64,000 nucleotides of DNA, from NCBI RefSeq assembly GCF_963676685.1, contig NC_092348.1, positions 86,862,001 to 86,926,000 on the forward strand. The letters are read 5' to 3'. Position 1 is the first letter of the stretch. Each line of letters begins with the position of its first letter. Below, piece by piece: positions 25,401 to 40,400 of this stretch. A program made the translations under genes and the position numbers. The notes under the pieces were generated by a model that worked only from the letters and a program-made list of their open reading frames with translations, ran no database searches and was not told the DNA's origin. Source of the stretch: Mytilus edulis. Taxonomy: Eukaryota.

Positions 25401-28400
25401 AGAAAACAAAAATTTTAAGTTCATTAGAACACATTCATTCTGTGTCAGAAACCTATGCTGTGTCAACTATTTAATCACAATCCAAATTTAGAGCTGAATC
25501 CAGCTTGAATGTTGTGTCCATACTTGCCCCAACCGTTCAGGGTTCAACCTCTGCGGTCGTATAAAGCTACGCCCTGCGGAGCATCTGGTTATTATGGTAC
25601 TATAAAAATTGTGATTTTACTCAAGGGTATATAAATCCTATCAAAATGGGGGGTTAACGGTTAAAATACTGTGGATTTGTTATTATTTGTTGGATACCAA
25701 TTTAGAAGGTTTTGGATAAGGATACGTTCCTTTTTAAAGCCGTTTACTTTTCTTAGCATCATGTGCATACCATTTTGTTGACTGACCTAATATAGAGTGT
25801 ACATGTTGTTCATTCTTTTGAAGTTGCGATATGGAGTAAAAGTTGTCCTTGCATAACATAGAATCCATAATTTATAATATGAATTCTTTTCTCCATTTTA
25901 CAGCAGGAGACGAGAAATGTCAGGTTTATGTGTGAACTCAGACGTTTGTTTGCATTAATGGTTGGTTCAAAGAGAAAGTATGTAGATCCTTCTAAAGCAG
26001 TAGATATTCTTAAAGAAGCCTTTGCTGCTACTGCAGCTACTGGTGTAGGAGACAGTCAACAGGTAACATTCAATTATTGTTAGGGATGTCAAAAGATCTG
26101 AAATTTAATACTCGGATACTCGGTCATAATACTCGAGTACTCGCGAGTACTTGAATGAATTGTTATCATCTATTGAATTTTAGATTTTAATTGGGATGCA
26201 GTGTTTTTGTTATTACCTTTCATAAATATAAGACAAATGTACTACAAGCATAGCTTGCTACTCTGTTTTTGTGTCAATTGAATAATGAATTAATTAACCG
26301 ACCACCGTTTCTACAAATAACCTATCATAATAGCAATTATTGTTTGTGTATGTGTTCATGAACCAAATTCCAATAAAATCAAAAATATTTGCATATAAAC
26401 TCCATTAAAGTAGACTATATGTATCATCTGTTCCTGATGAGTTGGTATTTATCATAATACGACCTGTCCATTAATTTGTCAACAACAATATTGGACTACC
26501 GTAACAAATTACTTGTGCTTTTTCGTGTCGCTCAGTCTTACTTTTTCTGTGTTTTGTTTTTTTGCACTTTTTTTTCTGATTTTATTTTTTTTATTAGCCA
26601 TGATGTAGTCAGTTTGTTTTTGACTTTTGGGCTCCCGTACTTTTGCCTTTCTTAAAATTAAACAATTATAGTAAAGTTTCAAATACAGAGTAATTAAATT
26701 AATTTAAATATACATCTCATACACATCACTTCACATAGAAGTCTTGATTAACATACAAAGGTAAATGTTACGGCTTGTGATGAGTTAATTATTAATCAAT
26801 GAAAGTGTTGATCCATGTACAAACACCATCTCAAACCAGATTCGTAGGGTTTTCCGCAAGTCACTTCGATTTTTTTTTGTTAGGAAATATGATCTGGTCA
26901 ACAATTTCAGACGAAATACTTTTTGACTTACTATGTTTTGTTACAAGTAGTGCAAATGAAAACATTCCCTTGGAAGGAAAGGACATTGCTGGTACTTCTA
27001 TAACAAATAGTAGCCTAAAATAAACATATTTATTTTGTTATTGATTTTATTTAGTATTATGAAGAGGAAATTTCAACTGAACTAAAGTGAGTGGAAATGT
27101 GAAGAAAAAATATCAAGATGTATAATAGGCAAACGAGTATCAGAGTACTAAAACTGTACCCGAGTACTCGTCCTTCGGATCGAGTACTCGTTGCCATCCC
27201 CAATTATTCTATTTGACAGGAGATGTTAGGTATATGTTACTTAGGCAGCAATCCAAAAACATCTTTGAACCCCAATTGACATCTATACTGTGCAGCACAA
27301 ATAACCCCCTTAAAAATAAACATGCAATATTCTGTATTTAAGATAAGACTTGTTTCTATAACTCAATAAAATAACATAAACCATCAGAAACAGCCTGCTC
27401 TTTACAGTATGTCGTCTAGGGATTTTCTGTCATTTGTTTCTACAAAAAACAACAAATCACAACCTTGGACATTTAATGAAAAATCTTGTTTTCAATTTCC
27501 AGTTTTATGCGAATAAAATAGACGGTATTTTCAACTTTGGGATTGATAAAAGTGCAGTTCTAATATTTGTAAGAGAACTGACTTTTCATGCATTCAAGTA
27601 CACACACTAGAAGAAAAGTTTCTCAACAAGGTGTTGTATTTTTGTACATTTTTGGCTTATTTTTTTTTAATGTTTTATAGGATGTCAGTGAATTCCAACA
27701 CAAGTTATTAGAATGGTTAGAAGATGCATTTAAAACAACATTCAGACCTCCATCTCCTGAAACAGGGTAAGTCTGATCAATGGATCACACACAAGAGAAG
27801 GTTATATCCAGTGTAATATGACCTCAAGACAATTACTTGTGGGACATTTATATGTAATAATTGGAAAAGGAAAATTATAATGGACAATGCAGATATGACA
27901 ATGTGTTTGAAAGTCACTATTTGTGTATTAACTCAGTACTGATCACATGTGAAAGGAATGGACTCTGTAGAAAATTGATTTGAATCCAATAAAGATGGCA
28001 TCAACACCAGTTTTCTAAAAGCAATAAAACAGAAGACTTTTTAAAACAATTACTGATATATTCCACATGACTAAAGAATAGCAGATTTATTAGTGTTAAA
28101 TCATTTATTGTACCAGTATCAAGATCAAGAGAATAAACACATATTTACTGTTAAATTGGAGCAACTTTATTTAAATTTATCTTTGTATCAGTTTCATTTG
28201 AAATACTGTTAACCTGGGATTTAAATTTGTACTAGAACTTCCTTTAAAAGTGTTTCTGTGCTGGTCCTTGTTTGTATTTACAATTCAAACATTAATTTAT
28301 TTTTATTTTACAGGGCTGGAGAATCTGGAGAAACAAAAAATCCAATGGTTGAGTTATTTTATGGTCAATATAGAGCTGAGGGTGTCAATGAAGGTATGTT

Positions 28401-31400
28401 TAACATGAAAATTTTTTTATCAACCAACCAATTTCAATCCTGTTCTGGAAATCATGGCCTTTGTGAGGCTGCTGAATTAGAGTTGGTTTTTATACATAAA
28501 TTTATAATAATGAATTTCAGACTTTGTATTTTTTTGCAGTTAATAGAGTTTTCACTATTAGACTGCAAGTAAAGGCATTTATGCTTGCCGACTCATCTAG
28601 TTTTAATAAAGAATTGAAAGTTATTTGTAAAGTCAAATATAGATGTTGCATGCATTGGAAACTTGGCTTTTAATTGCTTTAGCTTATGCAATTCAATAGT
28701 GTTTTTTTTTCCTTAGGTAAAGGTTTTAGCAATGATGAGAATTTTGGTCAGTTTCCATTACAAGTAAATGGTTTTCGTGACATCCATGAGAGTTTAGAAG
28801 CTGCTACAGCACATGGAGCTATAGAAACAGTCAGTAATGATACTACACAGCAATCAGGTCAAGAGGTCAGTTTTCTGTCATGCATTTGTACTTTATTTTA
28901 CTTGCCCTATAGGGCAAAAAAAACATTGGTAAAAACATTTCATCCAACAGTTACAAGTTGTTATAATTCATAATACTAGAGAGCAGTCAAAGTGTTTCAT
29001 ATCTTAAAGAGAGTATGTGACTACAACTTATTGTACTAATATTCAGTGAATCTGTTATAATAGTAAAAATGACTTTTCTCTTTAGTATATAGATATATAA
29101 ACTTTAAAACATATAAGAGTAGAAAAGCCTCATTAGTAAGTTCTAATACTTAAGTTTAATTAAACATTGAATTCTTAGTTTTGAAGGATCCATAAAAAGC
29201 AAATATGGTTCTAACAATTAGATTTTTATTTTTAAATATATTTGATAACCGTGCATTAATAAGTTTAAATTTGTTGCTGTATTTCAGTTGTGGTTTACCA
29301 AACTTCCTCCAGTGTTGACCTATGAACTTTCCAGGTTTCAGTTTAACCAACAACTTGGACGTCCTGAAAAAATTCACAACAAAATAGAATTTCCTCAAGT
29401 GATATATATGGATAGGTAAGCTAAGAAAATTTTAGTTCTTCAACATAATGCTCTTTAAAAACATGCTTGTAAAAGAAGGTTTTAATACATTTTAACCATG
29501 TATTTAGATTTTTGATATTTTGGCCCCCTTATCAAATTGGTCCACATTGAGTTCTAAAGAGTCCAAAATTGAACTTTTTTTTATTCCATCATTAATTGAA
29601 TTCTTTTGGTTCTTTGATAGGATATTGGACCTTAATAGGTAAATGTCCAATTTAGATTTTAAGTTCATAGACCACATTCATTCTGTGTAAACTGTTTAAT
29701 CACAATCCAAATTCAGAGCTGTATCAAGCTTGAATGTTGTGCCCCAACAGTTCAGGATTCGACATCTGCGGTCGTATCAAGTTGCTCCCTGCAAAGCATT
29801 AATTACAGTTAAAAAGATTAATATTGAATAATAAAATGGTGTTTCAGTGGAGGCAGATTCTATTATAAAATGATAAGAACTGTTTATAGATTTACCTATT
29901 TTCATTTCAGATATATGATTGGCAATAAATTAGAAACCAGGCAACGAAGAGAACAAGTCAAAAAATTACGAGAGGAATTATCTGTGTTGTATTCTAAGTT
30001 AGATAAGTAAGTTTTTGTGTCAACAGAATTGTAAAAACCAATATCGGTATCAGTATCCAATCAGGATCAGTATCCGATGCTTGTATCTTTACTGTTTTCT
30101 GCGTGGACATGACACTTTATTTGTATCTTTATATATAGCATGTGTGAAATAACTCAGCAGGAACTAGAATAGAGTATAATCCTCATAAGCATTGAACCAT
30201 TCATTTTACTGAACAACAAAACTATAGATGTAACCTTTGAAATAAAATTTCTTGTAGGAAAATTGTTATTTTTGGACAAAACTGTCAAGAAGTAATATGC
30301 TGTTCAAACAGGCTATTATTTTGTATAAAAAATATGTTATTAAACATTTAATCAGGAGAATGAAGAATGGAGAATAAGACCATCAATTTTACAAAGTTGA
30401 TTTGTTTATTACAGATTTAACCATTATGGAAGTGGTAGTAAGAAAGTTCCTCTACAAGACGTATTATCCTATGCTTTAGAGTTTGCCCAAAGTAAACCTG
30501 AAACCCAGTGTCTTTCATTAGATGTAGAAATGGAATCTCCTAAACCTCATACTAGGTAAAGTTAACATTATTGTTCTTTATTTTGAATAATTTTACGAAA
30601 AAAAACAACAATGAATATAGAATTATGAATATCAAGCATGAATGATATTAGACTGTGTTTAGAAAATTATCTTTATGAAATCATGCTTGAGAATGAAGAT
30701 ATTTATCTAATTTTTTTATATGAATTATTCCACAAGGATGGTACATCTCATAGCAGAAATGTTAACTTCTGTATAGCATGTATAGAGTAAAAACTAAAAA
30801 TAAAAATAACCATGTTATTAAAAAATAAATCAAAATCAACATACATGATTAAGATTTTTAAATATTTTTTGGAATTATAAATAATGGAAAAGAACTTTAA
30901 TTAGACATCTTAAGTTTCTTTTCTTTTTTGTAAACAATGCAAAGAATCTGCCATAATTTTTATTTTGACTACCATTCTTTGGTTTTTGTTCTAGTATGGT
31001 AACTGATACACCCACAGATGTTCCTATGACATCAACATCACCCCCTTCATCATCACCAGCCAAAAAAATAGCCACGCCCATCAAACCTCATCGGACAAAC
31101 GTCTTAATCAGTAACCCTTCACCTAAACATGTAGAAGATTCAGAATTAAAAGTTTTACAAGAATGTTTGCGGAGATGGCGAACTGAAGTAGAACAGGATG
31201 TTAGAGGTATGTCTTTTAATTGTATTGTAAAGAGACAATTCTTCATTGAATATTGATTAAAAAAGTTTTATTTATTTTTAATTTCGTATCACATTTTACT
31301 GTTTGACAAAAAAAAATGTCTCATGAAACTAAAGAACTAATATCCCGCCAATAATTATGTAGCAAAATAAAATCATAAAAATAAGAATACAATCAATTAC

Positions 31401-34400
31401 AATTTAGGAACAGTATCTAAAACAAATTTGGTATTGTTTGAAAATGTATACATTTATTGTAGATACAGAAACACCCACAGTCAATCAGCCGTCATTCTTG
31501 ACTTTGTTAGTATAATGAGAAAAGAATTTGATGAAACAACACATAAACAAAGATTTGTTTTGACATGATAAAATATATTCATCCTCATCAAACTTCAAAC
31601 CTTGTGTCTATTTTCCACAAACTTTGCTTTCTTTTATCCTGTTAAATTTTCATTTAGTGGTATACAATTGAAATATTCATTCATTTGGAATATTTGTAGG
31701 ATTACAAGAAAACATAAATTCCTTAGAAGAAGCTATAAATAGACAGTATGGGGATGAGGCCATGAGAAAGGTAAAATACACAAACAATTCTCTTATTTTA
31801 AAAAGTAATATTATTTATTGAAAAGACAGTACTCACGCTCGAAATTGAAAGGAATCAGGTGCCTCTCTGGGACTAGTACATAAAAAAACCAGATCATTTT
31901 GATTTGAAAATTTTAGGAATAAACTAGAATTGACATCTAACCTAGTTTGATGGTGGTAGAATTGTTTTGCAGTATATTTGTCACTATTATTTCTTAACTT
32001 ACATGGATTGAAGAGTTCTTCTGACGATACACATGAAATTGATTTTCCAGTCAATGACCATTGTTTTGATTTACGACATTCTTTTTCATCAAGGGTTTTA
32101 CCTCAGATTATCTTTGAACACCGTGATCTGTGATTCTTTTTTGGAAAAATTGCAATAGTCCAGCGGCTGACTTTGAAAAATTGAGATTCAACTTGATTAT
32201 CTTGATAATGGAGAAAATGTTAAGCCTATAAATGGATTTTTTATATTTTGTTGAGGACATAAAAATATGTTGAAATTCATATATGATATAGGCGAGATGA
32301 AATTTCTATAGAATGCACAATAAAACTCATGCCAAGGGAGATAATTTTGGTAACATTCCATACAAACTATTGTAAAATGCATGACTTATCTGTTACGGTT
32401 AGTATGGAAAAGAATACTCAATTTGAGTACATAATTTCTTTTTCTTTATTATAGTAAGCTACTTTATTAAAGAATTTGAAGATTTGACATTTAATCATGA
32501 TCTAATATATAGTAATGTTTAGTTGATAGTTTTAGCCAGTTATAGGCAGTCATTTCCTGTTTGACTGGAACTATTTTACAATCTATAATAATCAGTGGGG
32601 GTTTACTTTGCACATTATCTTATACAACATAGCCATATCTAAATTGTGCAATCCCATGTGCAACTCCTTGTTTACATTACACAACTTTTGTAGCCATATT
32701 GAGCCTGCCATTTTTATCTTTTATTTTTCAGTGTCCTTATCATTTGCATGCTGTACTTGTCCATGAAGGACAAGCTGCTTCTGGACATTACTGGGCATAT
32801 ATTTGGTCGTTAACGAAATGGTTGAAATTTAATGACATATCAGTGACTGATGCATCATGGGATGATTTAGTAAAAGAAAGTGTGGGTGGATTTCATAACG
32901 CTAGTGCTTATTGTTTAATGTATGTGGATAAATCAAAATTAGAGGCAGAAGGTAGATTTTGTTTTGTAGTACATTTATACATATATACTAAGACATAGGA
33001 ATTATAAGTTACTTATTGACCATTTAATAACATGGTTAATTGGTGAGCATTTGTAGAAAGATAATATAGCTTTAAAATGTAATAAAGTAAAAAATCAAAC
33101 AGTTTGATTTTGAAGAATCAATATAAAAATAAGGAGATGTGGTATGATTGCCAATGAGACAACTATTCATTAGAGTTAAAACATGAAGTAGATATAAGCA
33201 ATTAACGGTCACTATATGGTCTTCAACAATTAATAAAACATAAATTGTATAGTCAGCAATAAAAGACAGAAAACGTGAAACATTCAAACCAGCAAAATAA
33301 TCACCTAATTTATATGAATAATAATTTACAAAAAAAAAATGAATGTAAAAGACATGAACAGGAAGCTGACTTGGTACAGGTATATAAAGAAATTTGTTGG
33401 GTTCAACATGTTTATTAGTGCTCAACCCTCTCCAAACCGTGGACATTTGTGTAATAGCACTGAATAAGAACACTTTAAATTTTGGTTTCTGTTCCCTTTC
33501 TTAAGTGTGCTTCAATCAAATGTCATGAAACTTATGCATAATGCTTATTACCTCAAAACTAAGATCAAGTACAAATTTTGTAGCATAACTTTTACAATTC
33601 TTGAGTTATTTTCCTTTATTACAGTATATAGTATATCGTCTGTGTCCCCATTTATTAATTCTGTTATGTTTTATTGAAATAGAATCCTAATGATTCTAAA
33701 AAGTTCTTCTACATTAATATTATTAGTGCTTAGGTCTTGTAAGGAATTACCATAAAAGCTATGTATATAACTAATTTTGTACCTGAAATTGATTAGAATG
33801 TACTGAACTATTGTTCTTATTGTTAATATTTGTACAGAAGAAAGCTGTGATAATGATGTTCTACCTGATGACTTAAAGGAACAGGTGTTAGAGGACAATA
33901 ATAAATTTGACCAGGAAATAGACGACTGGGACAAAGAACAGGCCAGAAAAGCTCTTGGTGCTGGTGATGGTGATTGTACTATAACTGGGGAAACAAAACC
34001 TAGTAAGTATCAGGAACAGGCCAGGAAAGCTCTGGGTGCTGGTGATGGTGATTGTACTATAACTGGGGAAACAAAACCTGGTAGGTATCAGGAACAGGCT
34101 AGAAAAGCTCTGGGTGCTGGCGATGGTGATTGTACTATAACTGGGTAAACAAAACCTGGTAGGTATCAGGAACAGGCTAGAAAAGCTCTGGGTGCTGGCG
34201 ATGGTGATTGTACTATAACTGGGAAACAAAACCTAGTAGGTATCAGGGACAGGCTACAAATTCTCTGGGTGCTGGTGATGGTGATTGTACTATAACTGGG
34301 GAAACAAAAACCTGGTAGGTGTAAGCTACAGGCCAAAAAAGCCCTGGGTGCCGGTGATTGGGATTGTACTATACCTAGGGAAACAAAACTTGGTAAGTTT

Positions 34401-37400
34401 CAGGAACAGGCCAGAATTTATTAGGATGCTGATTTAACAATGTTCAGGGAAAGTCAGAAAAGCCCTAGGCACCAGTGATGGTGATTGTACTATAACTAGG
34501 GAAACAAAATCTGAAAGTATCAAAGACGGGTTTAGATAGCTAAAGGTGCTTGGGAGGCTTATTGCAGTGTTACAAGGGAAAAGCCAGATAAGTTTAGAGA
34601 CAAACAGAATGTCATTTATAACAGAATGGGGGAACAAAGCCTGACTAGGAGAAGCAAGAAAATAATTTTTTGCTGTTAAAGTATCTTCTGATAAAACATG
34701 TTATTCATTTGTATACATTTAAGAATGAAAATGATTTGTATTCCTTTCAGGTCCCAGTACAAGTTCAGTAGCCACACAGACACAGGTTCCTAGCAATAAA
34801 AATTTTAACCAGGAAGTGACATTAGCTGTGACTCATGCTTTTTTATCAGCTCCAGAAACATACCAGGCTGCCAACACAGCCTTAGGTCAGGAAACCATTC
34901 AGTTTGATGGACCAGCTGTTCTTACAATTGTAAGTCAAATAGATATACTAATCCTAATATATTAGAAATCTTATTTATAGACTCCAATGATCAAGGGAGG
35001 TAATTCTGATTGTGCCCCCTTTATATATCAAGTAATGGATATTTTGCCACATGTTGGCAAATTAGGGATCATATCAATATAAATGCATTTTACCAACCAT
35101 TTCCACAGGGGATTTTTCATGAATTTTATATATCCTCATGTAAAATAGAATAGAACCATTCTTATATTCTGTGCTTACCACAAAGTGCCTAAGCAATGAT
35201 CTGTTTTATCTTACAGCATAACAACTCAAATCTGGTTGTGAAGGAACAAGCTATTGTTTTCAGTAGTAATTCATATTGAGGTTACAAGCATTTCACAGAA
35301 AAGAACTGACATATTATTTCTTTCAGTTGATCAAGTTTTATATATTGCCTAACATTTTTTAGTTGTTTTTCACAAAATTGTGAATTAATAAAACAGACAA
35401 TCAAAAAATGATTTAAAGATGAACTCTTTTAATTTTGATATTAAGAATAGATGCAGCTTAAGATACATGGCATACTTCAATCAACAAATGATTTATAAAA
35501 TTTATCCAACTAGTAAGAATTGGTTTTATTGCATGAGTGATTAGTGAAATATACTTTCTCTTATTTTTGTGCTATTTTCACACTTCCAGACCCGTGTCAG
35601 AAAAATATTTCTCCTCGCTAGTAAAATCTGTTCTCGGCAAATGATTGGTTGATATTAAATTGTGACGTTTCTTGTTTTCTTCTGAATTTTCTTATTGTGA
35701 CGTCATGAACAAAGGTGACCATGCCTGATGACGTCTCATCAAAAGTACACAAATTTCCTCAAATCTTGGAAAAGGAACTAAAAAAATCATAAGAGAAACA
35801 GATTCCACCACTGTAACTCATGTATAACAATATTTCTCCACTCTCAACAGTTAAATTTTAATTATTTAAAAAGCTCTGCAAGCCTCAAGCTTCAAATATT
35901 AAAATTTAAATGTCTGGAGTGGAGATATATTGTAATACGCTTGTTGCAGTTGTGGAATCTATATATACCACATATATTTATTTTATATTGAAAACTTGTG
36001 TTAATTTTCCAGGTGATAGAAAATGAACTGCAAAGACTTGATCAAATAGTAAAACAGTTACCTAAGTTGTTACCTAAAGATGATCAACGATTATTGCATC
36101 CTGTGATATATCTAAAAGCATGCCATGCCCCCAGGGACGTGGTACACAAATTTATGCTGGAACAGTTTTCCCTTTGTACTCTTTTAACACAAAATGATAA
36201 GTAAGTTTGAGAAAATGGCATTTATAATATTCCCTATATCTTATCTGAATTAAATTCATGCTACGGTTTTGAGGAACAGTGAATGTTTTGTTAATTTGAC
36301 ATACTGCTATTCAGAAATTATTGCATGCATGTATTATTGCAATTTTTGTCAATTAAGATTATAATGCAACTTTAATTTTTGCGATATTTAGAAAAATCTT
36401 GTTTAATTCAAATAGAAAATTTTAAAATGTGAGTTTAAATTATTGTAATTATAACCCTGTCACATTTTTCACAATAATAAAAACATTGCAATAATTTCTG
36501 AATATACAGTACTATGATGTCAATCTTATCTCCTTGCTAGCAAAATATGACATTAATTATCCCCCTTGTATTTACCTATCAAAGTCTGGCATTTTGACAT
36601 GAAGTAAAATAATACTAGATAGAGCAGCAGTATTATCATCTTAAATGTAACATTGTTTTTGTCGTAACTTAATATATTTGTATATTCAGCATTTTATTTT
36701 ACTTTTCAGATGTAAAAGATTATTACTTTCAGCGACTGCAGAACTTAAACAAAGACAGAAAGGTTTAGAAAAAGATGAAATCATGATTTTGGTAGGTATT
36801 ATTATAAACAAACAAGGAAACATTGACCTTCAGGATGCTAGAAGTAAATACTTGATTTTTATGCTCCACCTACGATAGAAGAGGAGCATTATATTTTCTG
36901 GTCTTGGGATCCATCCATTCGTCCGTCTGTTTGTCCATCTGTCCCACTTCATGATAAAGTCTTTGGTTCAGTTATTTTTTATACGACCGCAAAAATTTTA
37001 ATTTTTTTGTCGTATATTGCTATCACGTTGGCGTCGTCGTCGTCTTCGTCGTCCGAATACTTTTAGTTTTTGCACTCTAACTTAAGTAAAAATGAATAGA
37101 AATCAATGAAATTTTAACACAAGGTTTATGACCACAAAAGGAAGGTTGGGATTGATTTTGGGAGTTTTGGTCCCAACATTTTAGGAATTAGGGGCCAAGA
37201 TGGGCCCAAATAAGCATTTTCTTGGTTTTCGCACTATAACTTTAGTTTAAGTGAATAGAAATCTATGAAATTTTGACACAAGGTTTATGACCACAAATGG
37301 AAGGTTGGGATTGATTTTAGGAGTTTTGGTTCCAACAGTTTAGGAATTAAGGGCCAAAAAAGGGCCCAAATAAGCATTATTCTTGGTTTTCGCACAATAA

Positions 37401-40400
37401 CTTTAGTATAAGTAAATAGAAATCAATGAAATTTAAACACAAGGTTTATGACCACAAAAGGAAGGTTGGGATTGATTTTTGGAGTTGAGGTCACAACAGT
37501 TTATGAATTAGGGGCCAAAAAGGGGCCCAAATAAGCATTATTTTTGGTTTTTGCACCATAACTTTAGTATAAGTAAATAGAAATCTATGAAATTTAAACA
37601 CAAGGTTTATGACCATAAAAGGAAGGTTGGGTTTGATTTTGGGAGTTTTGGTCCTAACAGTTTAGGAATAAGGGGCCCAAAGGGTCCAAAATTGAACTTT
37701 GTGTGATTTCATCAAAAATTGAATAATTGGGGTTCTTTGATATGCCGAATCTAACTATGTATGTAGATTCTTAATTTTTGGTCCTGTTTTCAAATTGGTC
37801 TACATTAAGGTCCAAAGGGTCCAAAATTAAACTTAGTTTGATTTTAACAAAAATTGAATCCTTGGGGTTCTTTGATATGCTGAATTTAAAAATGTACTTA
37901 GATTTTTAATTATTGGCCTAGTTTTCAAGTTGGTCCAAATGGGGGTCCAAAATTAAACTTTGTTTGATTTCATCAAAAATTGAATAAATGGGTTCTTTGA
38001 TATGCCAAAACTAACTGTGTATGTAGATTCTTAATTTTTGGTCCAGTTTTCAAATTGGTCTACATTAAGGTCCAAAGGGTCCAAAATTAAACTAAGTTTG
38101 ATTTTAACAAAAATTAAATTCTTGGGCTTATTTGATATGCTTTATCTAAATATGTACTTTGATTTTTGATTATGGGCCCAGTTTTCAAGTTGGTCCAAAT
38201 CAGGAATTGTGCAATAGCAAGAAATTTTCAATTGCACAATAGCAAGAAATATCTAATTGCACAATATTGTGCAATAGCAATTAATTTTCAATTGGAGTTA
38301 TCTTTCTTCGTATAGAATAGGGGTAAAATGGTTAATCAGGTCAAGATCTATCTGCCCTGAAATTTTGAGATGAATCGGACAACCCGTTGATAGGTTGCTG
38401 CCCCTGAATTGGTAATTTTAAGGAAATTTTGCTGTTTTTGGTTATTATCTTGAATATTATTATAGATAGAGATAAACTGTAAACAGCGAAAATGTTCAGC
38501 AAAGTAAGATCTACAAATAAGTCAACATGACCAAAATGGTCTGTTGACCCCTTTAGGAGTTATTGCCCTTTATAGTCAATTTTTAACCATTTTTCGTAAA
38601 TCTTAGTTATCTTTTACAAAAATCTTCTCCTCTGAAACTACTGGACCAAATTAAATCAAACTTGGCCACAATCATCATTCGGGTATCTAGTTTAAAAATT
38701 GTGTCCGGTGACTCTGCCAACCAACCAAGATGGCCGCCATGGCTAAAAATAGAACATAGGGGTAAAATGCAGTTTTTGGCTTATCACTCAAAAACCAAAG
38801 CATTTAGAGCAAATCTGACATATGGTAAAATTGTTTATCAGGGTAAGATCTATCTGCCTTGAAATTTTGAGATGAATCGGACAACCTGTTGATAGGTTGC
38901 TGCCCCTGATTTGGTAATTTTAAGGAAATTTTGCTGTTTTTGGTTATTATCTTGAATATTTTATGGATAGAGATAAACTGTAAACAGCAAAAATGTTCAG
39001 CAAAGTAAGATCTACAAATAAGTCAACATGTCCAAAATGGTCTGTTGACCCCTTTAGGAGTTATTGCCCCTTATAGTCAATTTTTAACCATTTTCCGTAA
39101 ATCTTAGTTATCTTTTACAAAAATCTTCTGCTCTGAAACTACTGGGCCAAATTGAACCAAACTTGGCAACAATCATCATTGGGGTATCTAGTTTAAAAAT
39201 TGTGTCCGATGAACTGGCCAACCAACCAAGATGGCTGCCATGGCTAAAAATAGAACATAGGGGTAAAATGCAGTTTTTGGCTTATCACTCAAAAACCAAA
39301 GCATTTAGAGCAAATCTGACATGTGGTAAAATTGTTTATCAGGTCAAGATCTATCTGCAACAGCAAAAGAGAGTTTTTAACGACCTCAGCTGGCTATACA
39401 ACCCTTGCACAATCAACTGAATTTTGCAGAAATCATTAATAGGATAGATTGCCCTTATATGATAATTTTTTATTACCTTTTTGGTTTTTTTGGCAAAAGG
39501 GGGGGGGGGGGGGGTTGCACAACACTTCACAACTTCACAACTTTCTCATTACTTTGCATTTCTCGTTAGATAAATTTTACAAAAATTCACCCCTGAAACA
39601 TCTGTCAAATTTAAACAAACTTGGTTTAAATCACCACTAGGATATCCAGGGACCACTGTGTATGATGACCCTGCCTGCCCAAATGGCTGAAATAAAACAT
39701 AGGTTTCAAACACACTTTTTAGTATTATATCTCTGAAACTAAACGACAGTTCAACAGTTGCATTTATCATGCATCAATTGTAAATAAAAATATCAGGTGA
39801 GCGACACAGGGTCCTTGGACCCTCTAGTTCTATGTTGTGATGTTACACTATTATTTGAGATAAGGGTGACGGTTGGTACATATTAAAACTTTTGAACCAG
39901 CTGCATTTGTTTGCACCTGACCTCTGTCAGGATTTTGATGATCAGTAGTTGTCGTTTGTTGATGTGTTTCATAAGTGTTTATTTTTTTTATTTTTTTATA
40001 AAGATTAGACCTTTGGGTTTTCCTGTTTGAATGGTTTTACACTAGTCCTTTGTGGGCCCTTTATAGCTTGCTGTTCAGTGTGAGCCAAGGCTCTGTGTTG
40101 AAGGCTGTACTTTGACCTATAATGGTTTACTTTTACAAATTAAGACTTTGATGGAGAGTTGTCTCATTGGCACTCATACCACATCTTCTTGTATCTATTG
40201 GAAAAATACCTAGATTTCTACATTTCAAAGTTGTTAATAGGATAAAATGATAAAAACAAAGACATGTACATCAGTGATGATTATGCCTTATACATTGCAC
40301 ATGTGGTGCAGACTATCTGATGTCATTGATGGCAATAGTGCAGTGGGCCATCTGAGATGAATTTGTATGTCAAAGTTTTCAAAATTAATCCATCCAACAG

